This document shows, piece after piece, positions 46,708-56,315 of a DNA stretch of 64,000 nucleotides. A program made the translations under genes and the position numbers. The stretch's first letter is position 1, and every line of letters starts with the position of its first letter. The notes beneath the pieces were generated by a model. The model saw only the letters and a program-made list of their open reading frames with translations, was not told the origin of the DNA and ran no database searches. Source of the stretch: Polyangiaceae bacterium (lineage in GTDB: Bacteria > Myxococcota_A > Polyangia > Polyangiales > Polyangiaceae); NCBI GenBank assembly GCA_044376115.1, contig JBILLK010000001.1, positions 320,001 through 384,000 on the forward strand. Direction: 5' to 3'.

Positions 46708-47063
46708 TGTGATCCTCCGCTGCCACCTGCACCGCCGCTGCCACCTGCACCGCCGCTGCCGCCTGCACCGCCGCTGCCGCCTGCACCGCCGCTGCCACCA
46801 GCACCGCCGCTGCCACCCGCACCGCCCCTGCCGCCTACAGCGAGGCCACCGCCGCCACCACCAGCTCCACCAGTATCTGGAGCGCCACCAACGCCCGAAC
46901 CACCAGGAGAGTCGTTTGCGCCCGTGCCGCTGGTTTGGCCTGCGCCATCGCCTGCATTGTCAGCTCCCGGGGGATCTGGCTGCGGATCGAAGACGCACGC
47001 GCTCAGCAGGCAACCCCAAACGGCTAGCCACTTGAGTCGTGGTGATAGGGATGAGCTAAGCAT
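46704..47063 (-). CDS. Small Gly/Ser-rich lipoprotein with CVFDPQPDPP motif (copy 1)
   Basis: Lipobox LLSAC, then VFDPQPDPP and GGSGGA repeats; start at 47063 or 47093. Confidence 0.65.
   Translation of the reverse strand: MLSSSLSPRLKWLAVWGCLLSACVFDPQPDPPGADNAGDGAGQTSGTGANDSPGGSGVGGAPDTGGAGGGGGGLAVGGRGGAGGSGGAGGSGGAGGSGGAGGSGGAGGSGGAGGSGGSQ
46717..46824. repeat. Coding 18-bp tandem repeat, 6 units
   Basis: CCGCTGCCRCCHGCACCG x6, encoding GGSGGA repeats on the minus strand. Confidence 0.85.
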
Positions 47064-47256
47064 AGACAAGGTGATCCATGGTACGCGCAGCATGAGCCAT
47101 GCCACAGAGTCTTTCTTCAATCCCAGCGCCAATTCGAATGAAAGCCTTCGCTCAGCCGCTTCTTCTGCGGCACTGATTGGCACAATTTCGACGCAGGCCG
47201 CCAGCTGGGCACGCGTTCTCATGGGGCTGGCCGGTCCGCCGATGCCCTTGTAAGAG

Positions 47257-47931
47257 ATGCGGGTGACTGTTGTCGATCGGCTCAATGACATCCGCTCTCG
47301 CATCCAAGCTGCTTCCAAGCGAGCTGCGTTTGACTCGCCCGTGACGCTGGTAGCGGTCTCCAAAACCCAACCAAGCTCGGCCATCCGCGAGGCCTACGCG
47401 GCTGGCCAACGAGACTTCGGCGAGAACTATGTCCAGGAGCTGGTCGCCAAAGCGAAGGAACTTTCGGACCTCGCGGACCTACGCTGGCACTTCATCGGTC
47501 ACTTGCAGCGCAACAAGGTGAAAGACGTCCTCCCGATCGCATCGCTCGTTCAAACGGTGGATCGGATCGAACTCGCGCAGGAGATCGGCAAGCGCGCGAC
47601 CAAGCCGACCGCGGTGCTGATCGAGGTGAATCTAGCTGGGGAAGAGCAAAAGGCCGGCGCTTCCGTAGCTGCGCTCCCCGAGCTGATCGCGGCGATTCGA
47701 GCGTTGCCACAGCTCGAGCTGCAGGGCCTGATGGCGGTACCGCCCGCTGCTGACGATCCGGAGCTGACCCGACCCTATTTTCGACAGCTGCGCGAGCTCG
47801 CGCGAGCGCACGAAGGAGCCGCGCCCTTCGAACTTTCGATGGGGATGTCCGGTGACTTCGAGGTGGCTGTCGAGGAAGGCGCGAGCATCGTACGGGTTGG
47901 GTCTTCGATCTTTGGGTCGCGGGTGCGATGA
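47257..47931 (+). CDS. yggS: PLP homeostasis protein YggS
   Basis: LVAVSKTQP, DFGENYVQE, WHFIGHLQRNK, LSMGMSGDF, VRVGSSIFG. Confidence 0.95.
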   Translation: MRVTVVDRLNDIRSRIQAASKRAAFDSPVTLVAVSKTQPSSAIREAYAAGQRDFGENYVQELVAKAKELSDLADLRWHFIGHLQRNKVKDVLPIASLVQTVDRIELAQEIGKRATKPTAVLIEVNLAGEEQKAGASVAALPELIAAIRALPQLELQGLMAVPPAADDPELTRPYFRQLRELARAHEGAAPFELSMGMSGDFEVAVEEGASIVRVGSSIFGSRVR

Positions 47932-49271
47932 GCAAACGGCGGCCCGCGCCTGAGCCTGCGCCGACGCTATTCGAAGCCGCTTCGCGCGGTGGAACGGGCA
48001 CGGCGAGCAACGTACCGCTGGCCGAGCGCATGCGTCCGCGCACGCTCGAGGATCTGGTCGGCCAGGCGAAGCTGTTTGACCGTGAAGCGGCGTTCGCCAA
48101 GAGCATCGCGGCCGATCGCGTGCGCTCGATGATCCTGTGGGGACCCCCTGGCTCGGGCAAGACGACGCTGGCGAAGATCATCGCCGAGACGACGAAGGCT
48201 CGCTTCGTCGCGCTCAACGCGGTGCTCGCGGGCGTTGCCGACGTTCGAGAGGCGACACGGGCCGCGGGCGAGGCGCGTCGCTACGAAGGCAAACGCACCA
48301 TCCTCTTTCTCGATGAGATCCATCGCTTCAACAAGTCGCAGCAAGACGCGCTGCTGCCTCACGTCGAGGACGGCACCTTCACGCTGGTAGGCGCCACCAC
48401 CGAGAATCCGTCGTTCTCGGTGAACGCGCCGCTGCTCTCACGCTGCAAGGTGTTCCGCTTGAGCGGCCTCACCGACGACAACTTGGTCGAGCTGCTGCAA
48501 CGCGCCCTCACTTCGGCTCAGGGCCTCGCAGCAGAGTTTGAGGCCGATCATGAGGTGCTCTTGGCGATCGCCAAGCTCGCGCAGGGTGACGCGCGGCGCG
48601 CTCTGACCTCACTCGAGCTGTGCGCTGACATCGCGCGCGCAGAGGGCACGCGAACGATCAGCGTCGAGCAGCTGGCCGCCCAGGCGGAACACAAGACGTT
48701 GCTCTACGACAAGTCGGGCGAAGAGCATTTCAACGTGATCTCGGCGTTCATCAAGTCGATGCGAGGCAGCGATGCCAACGCTTCGATCTATTGGATGATG
48801 CGCATGGTCGAGGCCGGCGATGATCCGCTGTTCATCCTGCGCCGCATGATCATCTTCGCCTCGGAGGACATCGGCAACGCCGACCCACGAGCGCTCGAGA
48901 TCGCGATCGCGGCAGACGTAGCGTTCCGACGTTTGGGGATGCCCGAGGGCCTTTATTCGATGTCGCAGGCAGCGCTCTATCTTGCGACTGCGCCCAAGTC
49001 GAACGCGTGCAACGTGGCTTGGCACCTAGCGCAAACGGCCGTGCGAACGCACGGTGCGTTGCCGGTACCGCATCATCTTCGAAACGCGCCCACCAAGCTG
49101 ATGAAGGCCGAAGGCTATGGGGCCGGCTACCGCTACCCGCACGATGAACCGGGAGGAGTAGCGGCCGGCGCGACCTACCTTCCGGAGGAGCTCGCGCAGG
49201 AGGTCTTCTACGAGCCGACCGATCGCGGCTACGAACGCACGATCGCCGAACGGCTAAAGCGCGGCGGCTAA
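47928..49271 (+). CDS. rarA: Replication-associated recombination protein A (RarA/MgsA)
   Basis: PLAERMRP, WGPPGSGKTT, DEIHRFNKSQQD, GATTENP, ISAFIKSMRGSD, SEDIGNADP, YRYPHD. Confidence 0.96.
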   Translation: MSKRRPAPEPAPTLFEAASRGGTGTASNVPLAERMRPRTLEDLVGQAKLFDREAAFAKSIAADRVRSMILWGPPGSGKTTLAKIIAETTKARFVALNAVLAGVADVREATRAAGEARRYEGKRTILFLDEIHRFNKSQQDALLPHVEDGTFTLVGATTENPSFSVNAPLLSRCKVFRLSGLTDDNLVELLQRALTSAQGLAAEFEADHEVLLAIAKLAQGDARRALTSLELCADIARAEGTRTISVEQLAAQAEHKTLLYDKSGEEHFNVISAFIKSMRGSDANASIYWMMRMVEAGDDPLFILRRMIIFASEDIGNADPRALEIAIAADVAFRRLGMPEGLYSMSQAALYLATAPKSNACNVAWHLAQTAVRTHGALPVPHHLRNAPTKLMKAEGYGAGYRYPHDEPGGVAAGATYLPEELAQEVFYEPTDRGYERTIAERLKRGG

Positions 49272-49280
49272 CGCCAAGCG

Positions 49281-49592
49281 CTAGGTGAGCCGAGCCAGCG
49301 CATCTCCGATTTCACCGAGCGCCTTCGAGTCCCCGGCGCGGCCAGCGGCCTCTTTGCCGGCTTGCAGCCACTCGCGCGCTTCATCGGGCCGCTGGGCATC
49401 GATGAGCATGGTGCCGCACATCAGGTACATCGGCACGTAGGCCGCGTCTTTGGCGCGCAGCGCTTGGAAGGTCGCCAGCGCGTCATCCACGCGCGAGAGG
49501 CCTTTGTACTCGAGCGCGAGGCAGTAGTGACCAAAGCTGTCGGCCTTGCCGTCGGCGAGCATTTTCTCGAGAAAGAGCAGACGCTTGCTCAT
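49281..49592 (-). CDS. Small TPR-like protein
   Basis: DSFGHYCLALEY...YVPMYLMCG...EAREWLQAG helical-repeat pattern. Confidence 0.75.
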   Translation of the reverse strand: MSKRLLFLEKMLADGKADSFGHYCLALEYKGLSRVDDALATFQALRAKDAAYVPMYLMCGTMLIDAQRPDEAREWLQAGKEAAGRAGDSKALGEIGDALARLT

Positions 49593-49595
49593 GGC

Positions 49596-50123
49596 TTACT
49601 CGCCGCTTTCTACGACGCTGATGGACGGGAGGTTGCGGTACTTCTCCGCCCAATCAAGGCCATAACCAACGACGAACTTGTCTTCGATCGTAAAGCCCAG
49701 GTAGTCGATCGGCACCTGGATGCGCGTGCGCGCCGGCTTGTGAAGCAGCGCACAAACCTTGATGCTGTTAGGCCTTCGCGTGCGGAAGAGGTCGAGCAAG
49801 TGGGCGATTGTGAGGCCCGTATCGACGATGTCTTCGACGATCAGCACGTCTTCCCCCTCGATCGGCCTGGAGAGATCTTGCGTGATCTGCACCACGCCGC
49901 TGGAGGCCGTGCCTTCACCGTAACTGCGCACACCCAGGAACTCGATGCGCATGTTGGCATCGATGGAACGCGCTAAATCCGCCGTGAAGACGAAGCTTCC
50001 CTTCAAGACGCACACCAGCACGAGATTCTTGTTGCCGTAGTCTCGCGCGATCTCCGCGCCGAGCTCGGCCACGCGCTTCTTGATCTCCTCTTCGGAGATC
50101 ATCGTGACGATTCGCTGTCCCAT
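49596..50123 (-). CDS. hpt: Hypoxanthine phosphoribosyltransferase
   Basis: VCVLKGSFVF, VLIVEDIVDTGLT, FVVGYGLD..EKYRNLP. Confidence 0.96.
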   Translation of the reverse strand: MGQRIVTMISEEEIKKRVAELGAEIARDYGNKNLVLVCVLKGSFVFTADLARSIDANMRIEFLGVRSYGEGTASSGVVQITQDLSRPIEGEDVLIVEDIVDTGLTIAHLLDLFRTRRPNSIKVCALLHKPARTRIQVPIDYLGFTIEDKFVVGYGLDWAEKYRNLPSISVVESGE

Positions 50124-50171
50124 GACTCGGGGGTTACCAAAGGGGCGGGTTCGCTGCTACACGAAAGCACC

Positions 50172-50606
50172 GTGCTTGCAGAACGTCCCCCCCAGAGCAG
50201 TCATGCGTTCCGCGTCCGCTTCTTCGAAACCGATTTGATGGGCATCGTTCACCACGCCGCCTACCTCACCTACTTCGAGGCCGGCCGGGTGGACTACCTT
50301 CACAAGCGCGGCGTCCGCTACGACAGCTGGGTGACCGCCGGCATCCATCTGCCGGTGGTCGAAGCCAACGCTCGCTACCGCAGAGCCGCGAAGTTCGATG
50401 ATCGGCTCGAGGTGGTAACGAGCTTGGGCGCCATCTCGCGAGTCACTGTGCGCTTCGATTATCGCGTGCAGCGCGGCGAGGAGCTCTTGTGTGAAGGCTT
50501 CACGCTGCTCGCTTGCGTTGGCTCCGATCTCGCTCCCAAGCGTTTTCCTGAATGGGTCTCATCGGTGTTGACCGGCGCTGAGAAGCCCAGCGAAGAGTGG
50601 ACCTGA
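50172..50606 (+). CDS. Hotdog-fold acyl-CoA thioesterase (YbgC/4HBT family)
   Basis: VRFFETDLMGIVHHAAYLTYFEAGR, LPVVEANARY. Confidence 0.9.
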   Translation: MLAERPPQSSHAFRVRFFETDLMGIVHHAAYLTYFEAGRVDYLHKRGVRYDSWVTAGIHLPVVEANARYRRAAKFDDRLEVVTSLGAISRVTVRFDYRVQRGEELLCEGFTLLACVGSDLAPKRFPEWVSSVLTGAEKPSEEWT

Positions 50607-50654
50607 ACGGCCGTGGGCTGACTGCAGCGGAGCCGAGCGTCCGCGCGGAGCCGC

Positions 50655-51941
50655 TCAAAAGCGGCCGGTAACGCCGACGAAACCCGGACCGACGACGGGC
50701 ATGATGGCGGACTGCGCAGGTTCAGCGCCGCCACTTGGAACCAACCACAAAACGGTCGCGAGGATGCCAACGGCGCCTGCTCCGGCGAGGATGCCGATGC
50801 CTGCGTAGAGAAAGGTGGTGCGCTCGGAGTCGATGCTCTCGATGTCTGCGAAGTCAGAAACGGGGAGATCGGTACCGGGCTCGCGCTCGGCCGCGGCGTC
50901 CTCGAGATCATTCTTGCGCAGCTCGGAGTTGATCAGGAGTACGCCGCCGGCGACGCCCAGGGCCAACGCTGTACCCGTTGTGATCCAAGGCCATACGCGA
51001 GAGGGCTCTTGCTCCGATGGCGCGAGCGTCACCTGTGCGAGACCGCCTTTCGCGAGCTCGACGCTGGTCTCGGCGTAGGCTCCGCTAGGCAACGTGAGAC
51101 GCACCTCGTGCGAGCCAGCGGTCGCCGGAATGAGCCCTGCGCCATCGGGCTTGATGTCGTCGCCGTCCAAACGAACGCGGCCACCTTCAGGGATGGTTCC
51201 TAACGAAATGGCGGCCTCGTTCTCCGGAACAGTGACCGTCTGCGAGTGAATGGCGTCCCCAAGATCGCCGAAGCGATCTTGCGCAACGAGCCGCAACGTC
51301 AGCGTGGATTTAGGCCGAATCCACGCGGAATCCAGCGTCCCCAACAACAGCCCCTCATCGGACGGCACGAGCGGTACGTCGAAGGAGCCTTCGAGCGCGC
51401 TGCTCTCGACTCGAACGATCATGCGCAGCCACGGCGCGGACTTGGCGAGCTTCGCTGAGAAGCGCACGGCCTGATAGGCGACGCTCGGCTTCTCGACTTC
51501 GAGCGGGCTCGGCTTGACGCCGGCCTCGGTCAGCCGATCCGCGCGGACTTTCTTGGCTGCGGCTTTACAGATCTCACGCACCTTCGGAGACAGCTCGCGA
51601 GCGACCTCCGGATCATAGGCTGCCGCGACCACGGCACGTCCACAGGCTTCGCGTGCGGCTTCCGGAGTTTGACTCACCAGCGAGCCGGTCGTCTCGAGCA
51701 GCGCCACTTCGATCGCGAGCTGCGGTGGCAGCGTCTTGCCTCGCAAGCTCGAGAGCGTCCGCATGCCGTCGGTGTAGTTGCCGGCGTCCATCTGCTCACG
51801 CGCCCGCGCGACCACGGCGGACATGTCCTGAGCGTAGAGCTCCCGTGGACACTGCAACGAAAGCACGACGCCCAGCCCGAGCAGCGCCCTCAACCAAGAA
51901 GTGCCGTGCTTCATTTCACGAACGATGGTCGCACGAGTCAT
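50655..51941 (-). CDS. Exported PEGA-like domain protein with two C-terminal hydrophobic helices
   Basis: Signal peptide; PEGGRVRLDG...AGSHEVRL; WPWITTG TM; typical C-terminal PVVGPGFVGVTGRF. Confidence 0.7.
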   Translation of the reverse strand: MTRATIVREMKHGTSWLRALLGLGVVLSLQCPRELYAQDMSAVVARAREQMDAGNYTDGMRTLSSLRGKTLPPQLAIEVALLETTGSLVSQTPEAAREACGRAVVAAAYDPEVARELSPKVREICKAAAKKVRADRLTEAGVKPSPLEVEKPSVAYQAVRFSAKLAKSAPWLRMIVRVESSALEGSFDVPLVPSDEGLLLGTLDSAWIRPKSTLTLRLVAQDRFGDLGDAIHSQTVTVPENEAAISLGTIPEGGRVRLDGDDIKPDGAGLIPATAGSHEVRLTLPSGAYAETSVELAKGGLAQVTLAPSEQEPSRVWPWITTGTALALGVAGGVLLINSELRKNDLEDAAAEREPGTDLPVSDFADIESIDSERTTFLYAGIGILAGAGAVGILATVLWLVPSGGAEPAQSAIMPVVGPGFVGVTGRF

Positions 51942-53707
51942 TCGCTCTTCTTCAGATCAAAGCGGATGGCGCTCGTTTTGCCGGAAGTGATCTTCACGCT
52001 GGCCGAACGACTTGCGCCAAGCTCAGGGTTCGTAACGACGACGGTGTGCGTTCCCACCGGCAATGAGATGGCCCCGAGCGGCGTCGTTCCGTAGGAGCGC
52101 CCATCCACAGAAACGGTGCCCCATGGATTGACGGCGACCTGCAGCGTACCTGTGCCCGTACCCGGATCGACCTCTTCAGCCGTCTTTACAGTTGCTGTCT
52201 TGGGCGTGACGGGAACGCGACCGGTCTTCGAGGTTGGCGGAGCGGCGCTGCTACTCGCGAGACTTGGAACGGCCGTCTCCGCCGGTTTACCGCTCGCTGC
52301 GGACTCCGTGCCCACGCCCGTCGGCTTCGCGTCGGCACTCGCCGGGCCAGAGGCAGCAGCTTCCGTCGAGGACTTTGAGCCTCCAGGTTGAAGCAAGAGA
52401 ATCCACGCTGCACCGAACAAGGAGCCAAGGACCAACGCCGCACAGATCGCGAGGAACACCGTGCGTGAGTTGCGCGAAGGCGTGACCGACGGGCTCGCAT
52501 CGCGAATGCTCGCGATGCGGGTGACGCTGGCTGCATTCGGCGCGTCGGGAGGCACCGAAGTCGGCTCGCGGCGGAACGAACCGCTCGACGGTTGCGACGA
52601 TTGCACCATGCCCGCCGACGGGTAGGAGCCGCTCATGGGACCGCCGCTCATCGACGAGTTCGGGCTCATCGAGGAGTTGGGATAGGAACCGCTCGTGGAT
52701 GGCCGCGCTGAGTTGGCGTAGGCCTGATTTTCACCGGAGAGCGCGAGGCTCCATGGTTGACGATTGGCGGCGGTTGAAGCGCTGCTGACGGCCTGCACTC
52801 GCTCCATCAGCTCGGCGATGGCCTGCTCCTCGGCGTTCGCTCCGAGTTGGTAGAGCACGTTGTGTAGTTGGCCCGCGAGATGTCCGGCAGAAGGCATTCG
52901 GTGCTCGGAACTGAACTCGGTGGCTTGATCGATCACGGCCGCCAAGTCCGCGCGTATGTGGGGAGCGACCTCCACGACGCGGGGCGGTCGTTCGGTGGCG
53001 ATCATCGCGATCAGCTGGCCTTGGGTTTCGGCCTTGCGAAGCCGGGTCCCGATCAGCCCCTCGAACAGCGTAATGCCGAGGGAGAAGATATCGGCGCGAC
53101 CATCGAAGGGCGTACCGGTGGCCTGCTCCGGCGGCATGTACGGCAGCTTGCCTTTGAACACGCCGGTCTCGGTCTTCTCACCGCCCAAGCCGTGAATACG
53201 CGCGACACCAAAGTCGCTCAGGCGCACGCGACCGTCTCGACCAACGAGGATGTTGGCGGGGCTGATATCGCGGTGGACGACGCCGAGGTTCTGGCCGTTC
53301 GCGTCGCACATCGTGTGAACCGCATCCAAGGCTTTTGCGACTTCGCGACCGATCAGCGCGACTGCTTTTTCGCTTAGCGGCCCGCGACGGATCACCCGGT
53401 CGAGCGCTGCGCCATCGATGTAGTCGAGGACCAAGTAGAGACCCCGATCATCGGACTCGCCCAGCTCGATCAGCCGCACGATGTTTGGATGATCGAGGCG
53501 AGCAATGACTTGCGCTTCTGCGACGAAGGACTCACGTGCGTACTCGCTGAAGCCTTCGGTGATGAGCAGCCGCTTCACCGCGACTTGGCGCTGGAAGTTG
53601 CGCGGCCCCACCTCATTCGCAAGCCAGACCTCGCCCATTGCGCCTCGACCGAGGAGCCGCACGAGCTGGAACTTTCCGGCGAAGATTTCGGGTGACGCCT
53701 GCGACAT
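51938..53707 (-). CDS. Hanks-type Ser/Thr protein kinase with TM helix and C-terminal PEGA domain
   Basis: LGRGAMGEV, VAVK, HRDISPAN, DFG, GKLPYMPPEQ; TM; LQVAVNPWGTVSVDG..GTTPL. Confidence 0.93.
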   Translation of the reverse strand: MSQASPEIFAGKFQLVRLLGRGAMGEVWLANEVGPRNFQRQVAVKRLLITEGFSEYARESFVAEAQVIARLDHPNIVRLIELGESDDRGLYLVLDYIDGAALDRVIRRGPLSEKAVALIGREVAKALDAVHTMCDANGQNLGVVHRDISPANILVGRDGRVRLSDFGVARIHGLGGEKTETGVFKGKLPYMPPEQATGTPFDGRADIFSLGITLFEGLIGTRLRKAETQGQLIAMIATERPPRVVEVAPHIRADLAAVIDQATEFSSEHRMPSAGHLAGQLHNVLYQLGANAEEQAIAELMERVQAVSSASTAANRQPWSLALSGENQAYANSARPSTSGSYPNSSMSPNSSMSGGPMSGSYPSAGMVQSSQPSSGSFRREPTSVPPDAPNAASVTRIASIRDASPSVTPSRNSRTVFLAICAALVLGSLFGAAWILLLQPGGSKSSTEAAASGPASADAKPTGVGTESAASGKPAETAVPSLASSSAAPPTSKTGRVPVTPKTATVKTAEEVDPGTGTGTLQVAVNPWGTVSVDGRSYGTTPLGAISLPVGTHTVVVTNPELGASRSASVKITSGKTSAIRFDLKKSE

Positions 53708-53790
53708 GAAGACCGACGAAGCCAAAGCACGCCAAAGAGCGTGGACAACACGAGTCTAACGCCAACGCGCAGCCGCGGCTTAGATTTGCG

Positions 53791-55083
53791 TCAAAGAGTG
53801 ACGGTCGATGCGCGGATGACTGCCCTGTCGTCAGCCACGTCCAGCCATACGACAAACAGCGTGTCCCCGACGGCCACGGCCCGGACGCTCCCGATATCCA
53901 TCGAGGATCTACGCTGGATTTCGGCGATCACGCTGGTTTCGGCTGTGCTTGTGTCCACTGACAATACTTTGAGTACAGGGCTCGCAAGTTCGGCCCCGGG
54001 CGTCACCAGCAGGGCTTTTCCCGAGTCAAGGTTCACCCAGGCCAGCCCCGGGTTGTCACGGGTGGTGGGGAGTTCACCGACGAGTTCGGGTTTTGCACTT
54101 GAAGTAAAGTCACGGCGATAGAGCTTCGCCGGCCCCGCGACGGGATCATCGGGCAACATGTCACCCTGGCGCGGCGAGGGCTCGACGAACAGCAAGCCAT
54201 CCTCATCGGTCAAGACCGGAACAGCTAGAGCCGGGAGCGCAACTTCGTTGGTTGGACCGCCTCCAAGACGCATCCAGGAAGGGCGCGTTTCGTCGATGAA
54301 CCAATCAGCCCCGGCGGCTGTCGCCCTTACCGAAGCGACTCCAGCAGCCAACGATCCTGTGCGTTCACTGACCAGACAGATGTGAGCCGCACAGCAGGTG
54401 TCGTCGGCGAGCGCGCAATCGTCCAAGGGCGATGTCAAAGCCCCGTTGGCCTCAAGTTCGAACACGGCGAGTCGCCCCGTGGTTTCACCTTCGAGGACCT
54501 TCGCCTCGAAGTAGCCGAGCTCGAGACGACCGTCGTCCGTTCGCACGAAGCGAGCCTGCGAGACGTTGCCGTAGCCGATGGTACCCATCCGGATCTCGCG
54601 GTCCCACACCGCCTCCGCCTCACCACCGAGGGACGCCCGAAAGACGCGTACGCGCGGTCGCGGATCGTCATCCACCGCGCTGGCAGACATGGCAACGAGC
54701 ACGGTGTCACTGTCGACGCTGTAGAGGTCGAAGAAGGGCTCGACCGCCCCCGGATCGCCCTCCCAGGTGCTCTCGAGCACGAGTTCTTCCGAGAGCGTTC
54801 CATCTTTGCGCAGACGCTTGCCGAGTACGGCTTGGCCGCGCGGCGCGTATGGGTAGGACTCCCAGCCAACGAGCACGTCCTCTCCAACCACCACCAACTT
54901 GATGTCCCCACCTCGTTGGTTGCCGAGCTGCGCGACGGTGATCGGTACTTCACTGCCGGGCGCCGCGCACACGCCGTGAATGCAGTCGTACCCTTCGGGG
55001 CATTCGCCGTCTGAACACTTCGAAGGGAACTCTCCGAGATCGACCGAACAGCCAGCAGCGAAAAGCAGCAACCAGCGCGACAT
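53791..55083 (-). CDS. Hypothetical lipoprotein with N-terminal Cys-rich knot
   Basis: MSRWLLLFAAGC lipobox, CSDGECPEGYDCIHGVC; TGATG-coupled to the upstream gene. Confidence 0.7.
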   Translation of the reverse strand: MSRWLLLFAAGCSVDLGEFPSKCSDGECPEGYDCIHGVCAAPGSEVPITVAQLGNQRGGDIKLVVVGEDVLVGWESYPYAPRGQAVLGKRLRKDGTLSEELVLESTWEGDPGAVEPFFDLYSVDSDTVLVAMSASAVDDDPRPRVRVFRASLGGEAEAVWDREIRMGTIGYGNVSQARFVRTDDGRLELGYFEAKVLEGETTGRLAVFELEANGALTSPLDDCALADDTCCAAHICLVSERTGSLAAGVASVRATAAGADWFIDETRPSWMRLGGGPTNEVALPALAVPVLTDEDGLLFVEPSPRQGDMLPDDPVAGPAKLYRRDFTSSAKPELVGELPTTRDNPGLAWVNLDSGKALLVTPGAELASPVLKVLSVDTSTAETSVIAEIQRRSSMDIGSVRAVAVGDTLFVVWLDVADDRAVIRASTVTL

Positions 55084-56315
55084 CACTGACTCCCCGTCGA
55101 GGCGATCCACAAGTCCATCAAGTCCTCGCGGAGAGCCGTCCAAGCGAGATACACGCGGCCATTGGAGCGAAAACTGCGCCCTGAATAGAGGCTGTCGATG
55201 CCCCGCCGATCGACCGATGCGAGCGTTTGCGGATTGTCCGGCATGCTGAGATCGAGCACGTCCAACCGATCGAAGTCCTCGCCTGAGGAGCGCGGCCCCA
55301 ACAAAAGTGCGCCCACCGACGAAACGGCCGTATGAGGCTCGAGCGTTTCTTGCGTGGCGCCGATGGCGCTGCTGCCCAAGCGGGATCCGCTCCAATCGAA
55401 TTGCACGAGCTCCGCTTCACCGGCCTCACCGACAACCACGGAGAGCAGCCGGTCCTGGTCAGCGTGCACCACCAAGCCGTCGACCGTGAGCGGCGCATCC
55501 ACGTCCTCTGGCACCGCCGCCGAATCAGCGATTCGGTAGAGGAGAGGCACGTCCAAGCCGACCCGAACGTACAGCTCGTCCTCACCCTCCCAGAGGTAGC
55601 AATCCCCCGAGAGCGGCAGGACGCTGCTTGGGAGCGGCAACACGAGCCGACGTAGGACCGAGCTACCCTCGAGATGAATCAGCGTCAGTCGCCCACCATC
55701 GGAGGCGTCGCTAAAACACAGATCGGCACCACCCTGGCGGGCCAGCGCGCTGACGTAAGGTGGCTCGGTTCCACCAACGAACGGCACCGTTTCTTCCAAC
55801 AAGACCTCGGTGCCGACGTCACTTCCTTCACGCGCTATCCGCGTAAAGCGCAGCGTCTCGGAGGATTCATCGACCGCAGGAAAGCGCAGCGACAGCACGC
55901 CGTAGCTGGTTTCACTCAGCGCTACGACCGCTGAAGAGGTTGGGTAGTCCTCCGAAAAATCCAAGATCTGTTTTGGCTGGGAGACCACACCCGTTGGGTC
56001 GACTTCGATCTCATACAAGCCGCGGAGCGAGGGCGTGAAGCCATCGTTTACGACCAAGGTTGCGCCCTCGGTGTTCGGGCTTGCAAACCAGTACATCTCA
56101 GCTGAGTTGATCCACGTTACGCGCATGGCGCGCACCTCTGGGGGCACCTCACCCTCGACGACGCACAAGCCAGAAACGCAAGCGTAGCCGCTGGGACAAA
56201 GCTCACTTTCGACGCAGGAAAACGGCTCGTCGCCGAGCTCGAGAGCACAACTCGCAAGCAGGCCCCCCGCAAGGATCGCCGCCGCGAAGGCCGCGCATTT
56301 CGCCCCGCGCTTCAT
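55083..56315 (-). CDS. Hypothetical lipoprotein with N-terminal Cys-rich knot
   Basis: Lipobox LLASC, CVESELCPSGYACVSGLC; ATGA-coupled to the upstream gene. Confidence 0.7.
   Translation of the reverse strand: MKRGAKCAAFAAAILAGGLLASCALELGDEPFSCVESELCPSGYACVSGLCVVEGEVPPEVRAMRVTWINSAEMYWFASPNTEGATLVVNDGFTPSLRGLYEIEVDPTGVVSQPKQILDFSEDYPTSSAVVALSETSYGVLSLRFPAVDESSETLRFTRIAREGSDVGTEVLLEETVPFVGGTEPPYVSALARQGGADLCFSDASDGGRLTLIHLEGSSVLRRLVLPLPSSVLPLSGDCYLWEGEDELYVRVGLDVPLLYRIADSAAVPEDVDAPLTVDGLVVHADQDRLLSVVVGEAGEAELVQFDWSGSRLGSSAIGATQETLEPHTAVSSVGALLLGPRSSGEDFDRLDVLDLSMPDNPQTLASVDRRGIDSLYSGRSFRSNGRVYLAWTALREDLMDLWIASTGSQ

Noticed and set aside
46332..46824. Tandem repeats as a possible CRISPR array
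   Set aside because: Units are contiguous with no unique spacers, are in-frame coding, and no cas genes are present.
47064..47384. N-terminal extension of the 226-aa ORF 46704-47384
   Set aside because: Overlaps yggS on the opposite strand and would bury the lipoprotein signal; a start at 47063 or 47093 is more plausible.
55084..55395. N-terminal extension of the 534-aa ORF 53791-55395
   Set aside because: Overlaps the upstream gene. ATG 55083 is TGATG-coupled and begins a lipoprotein signal.
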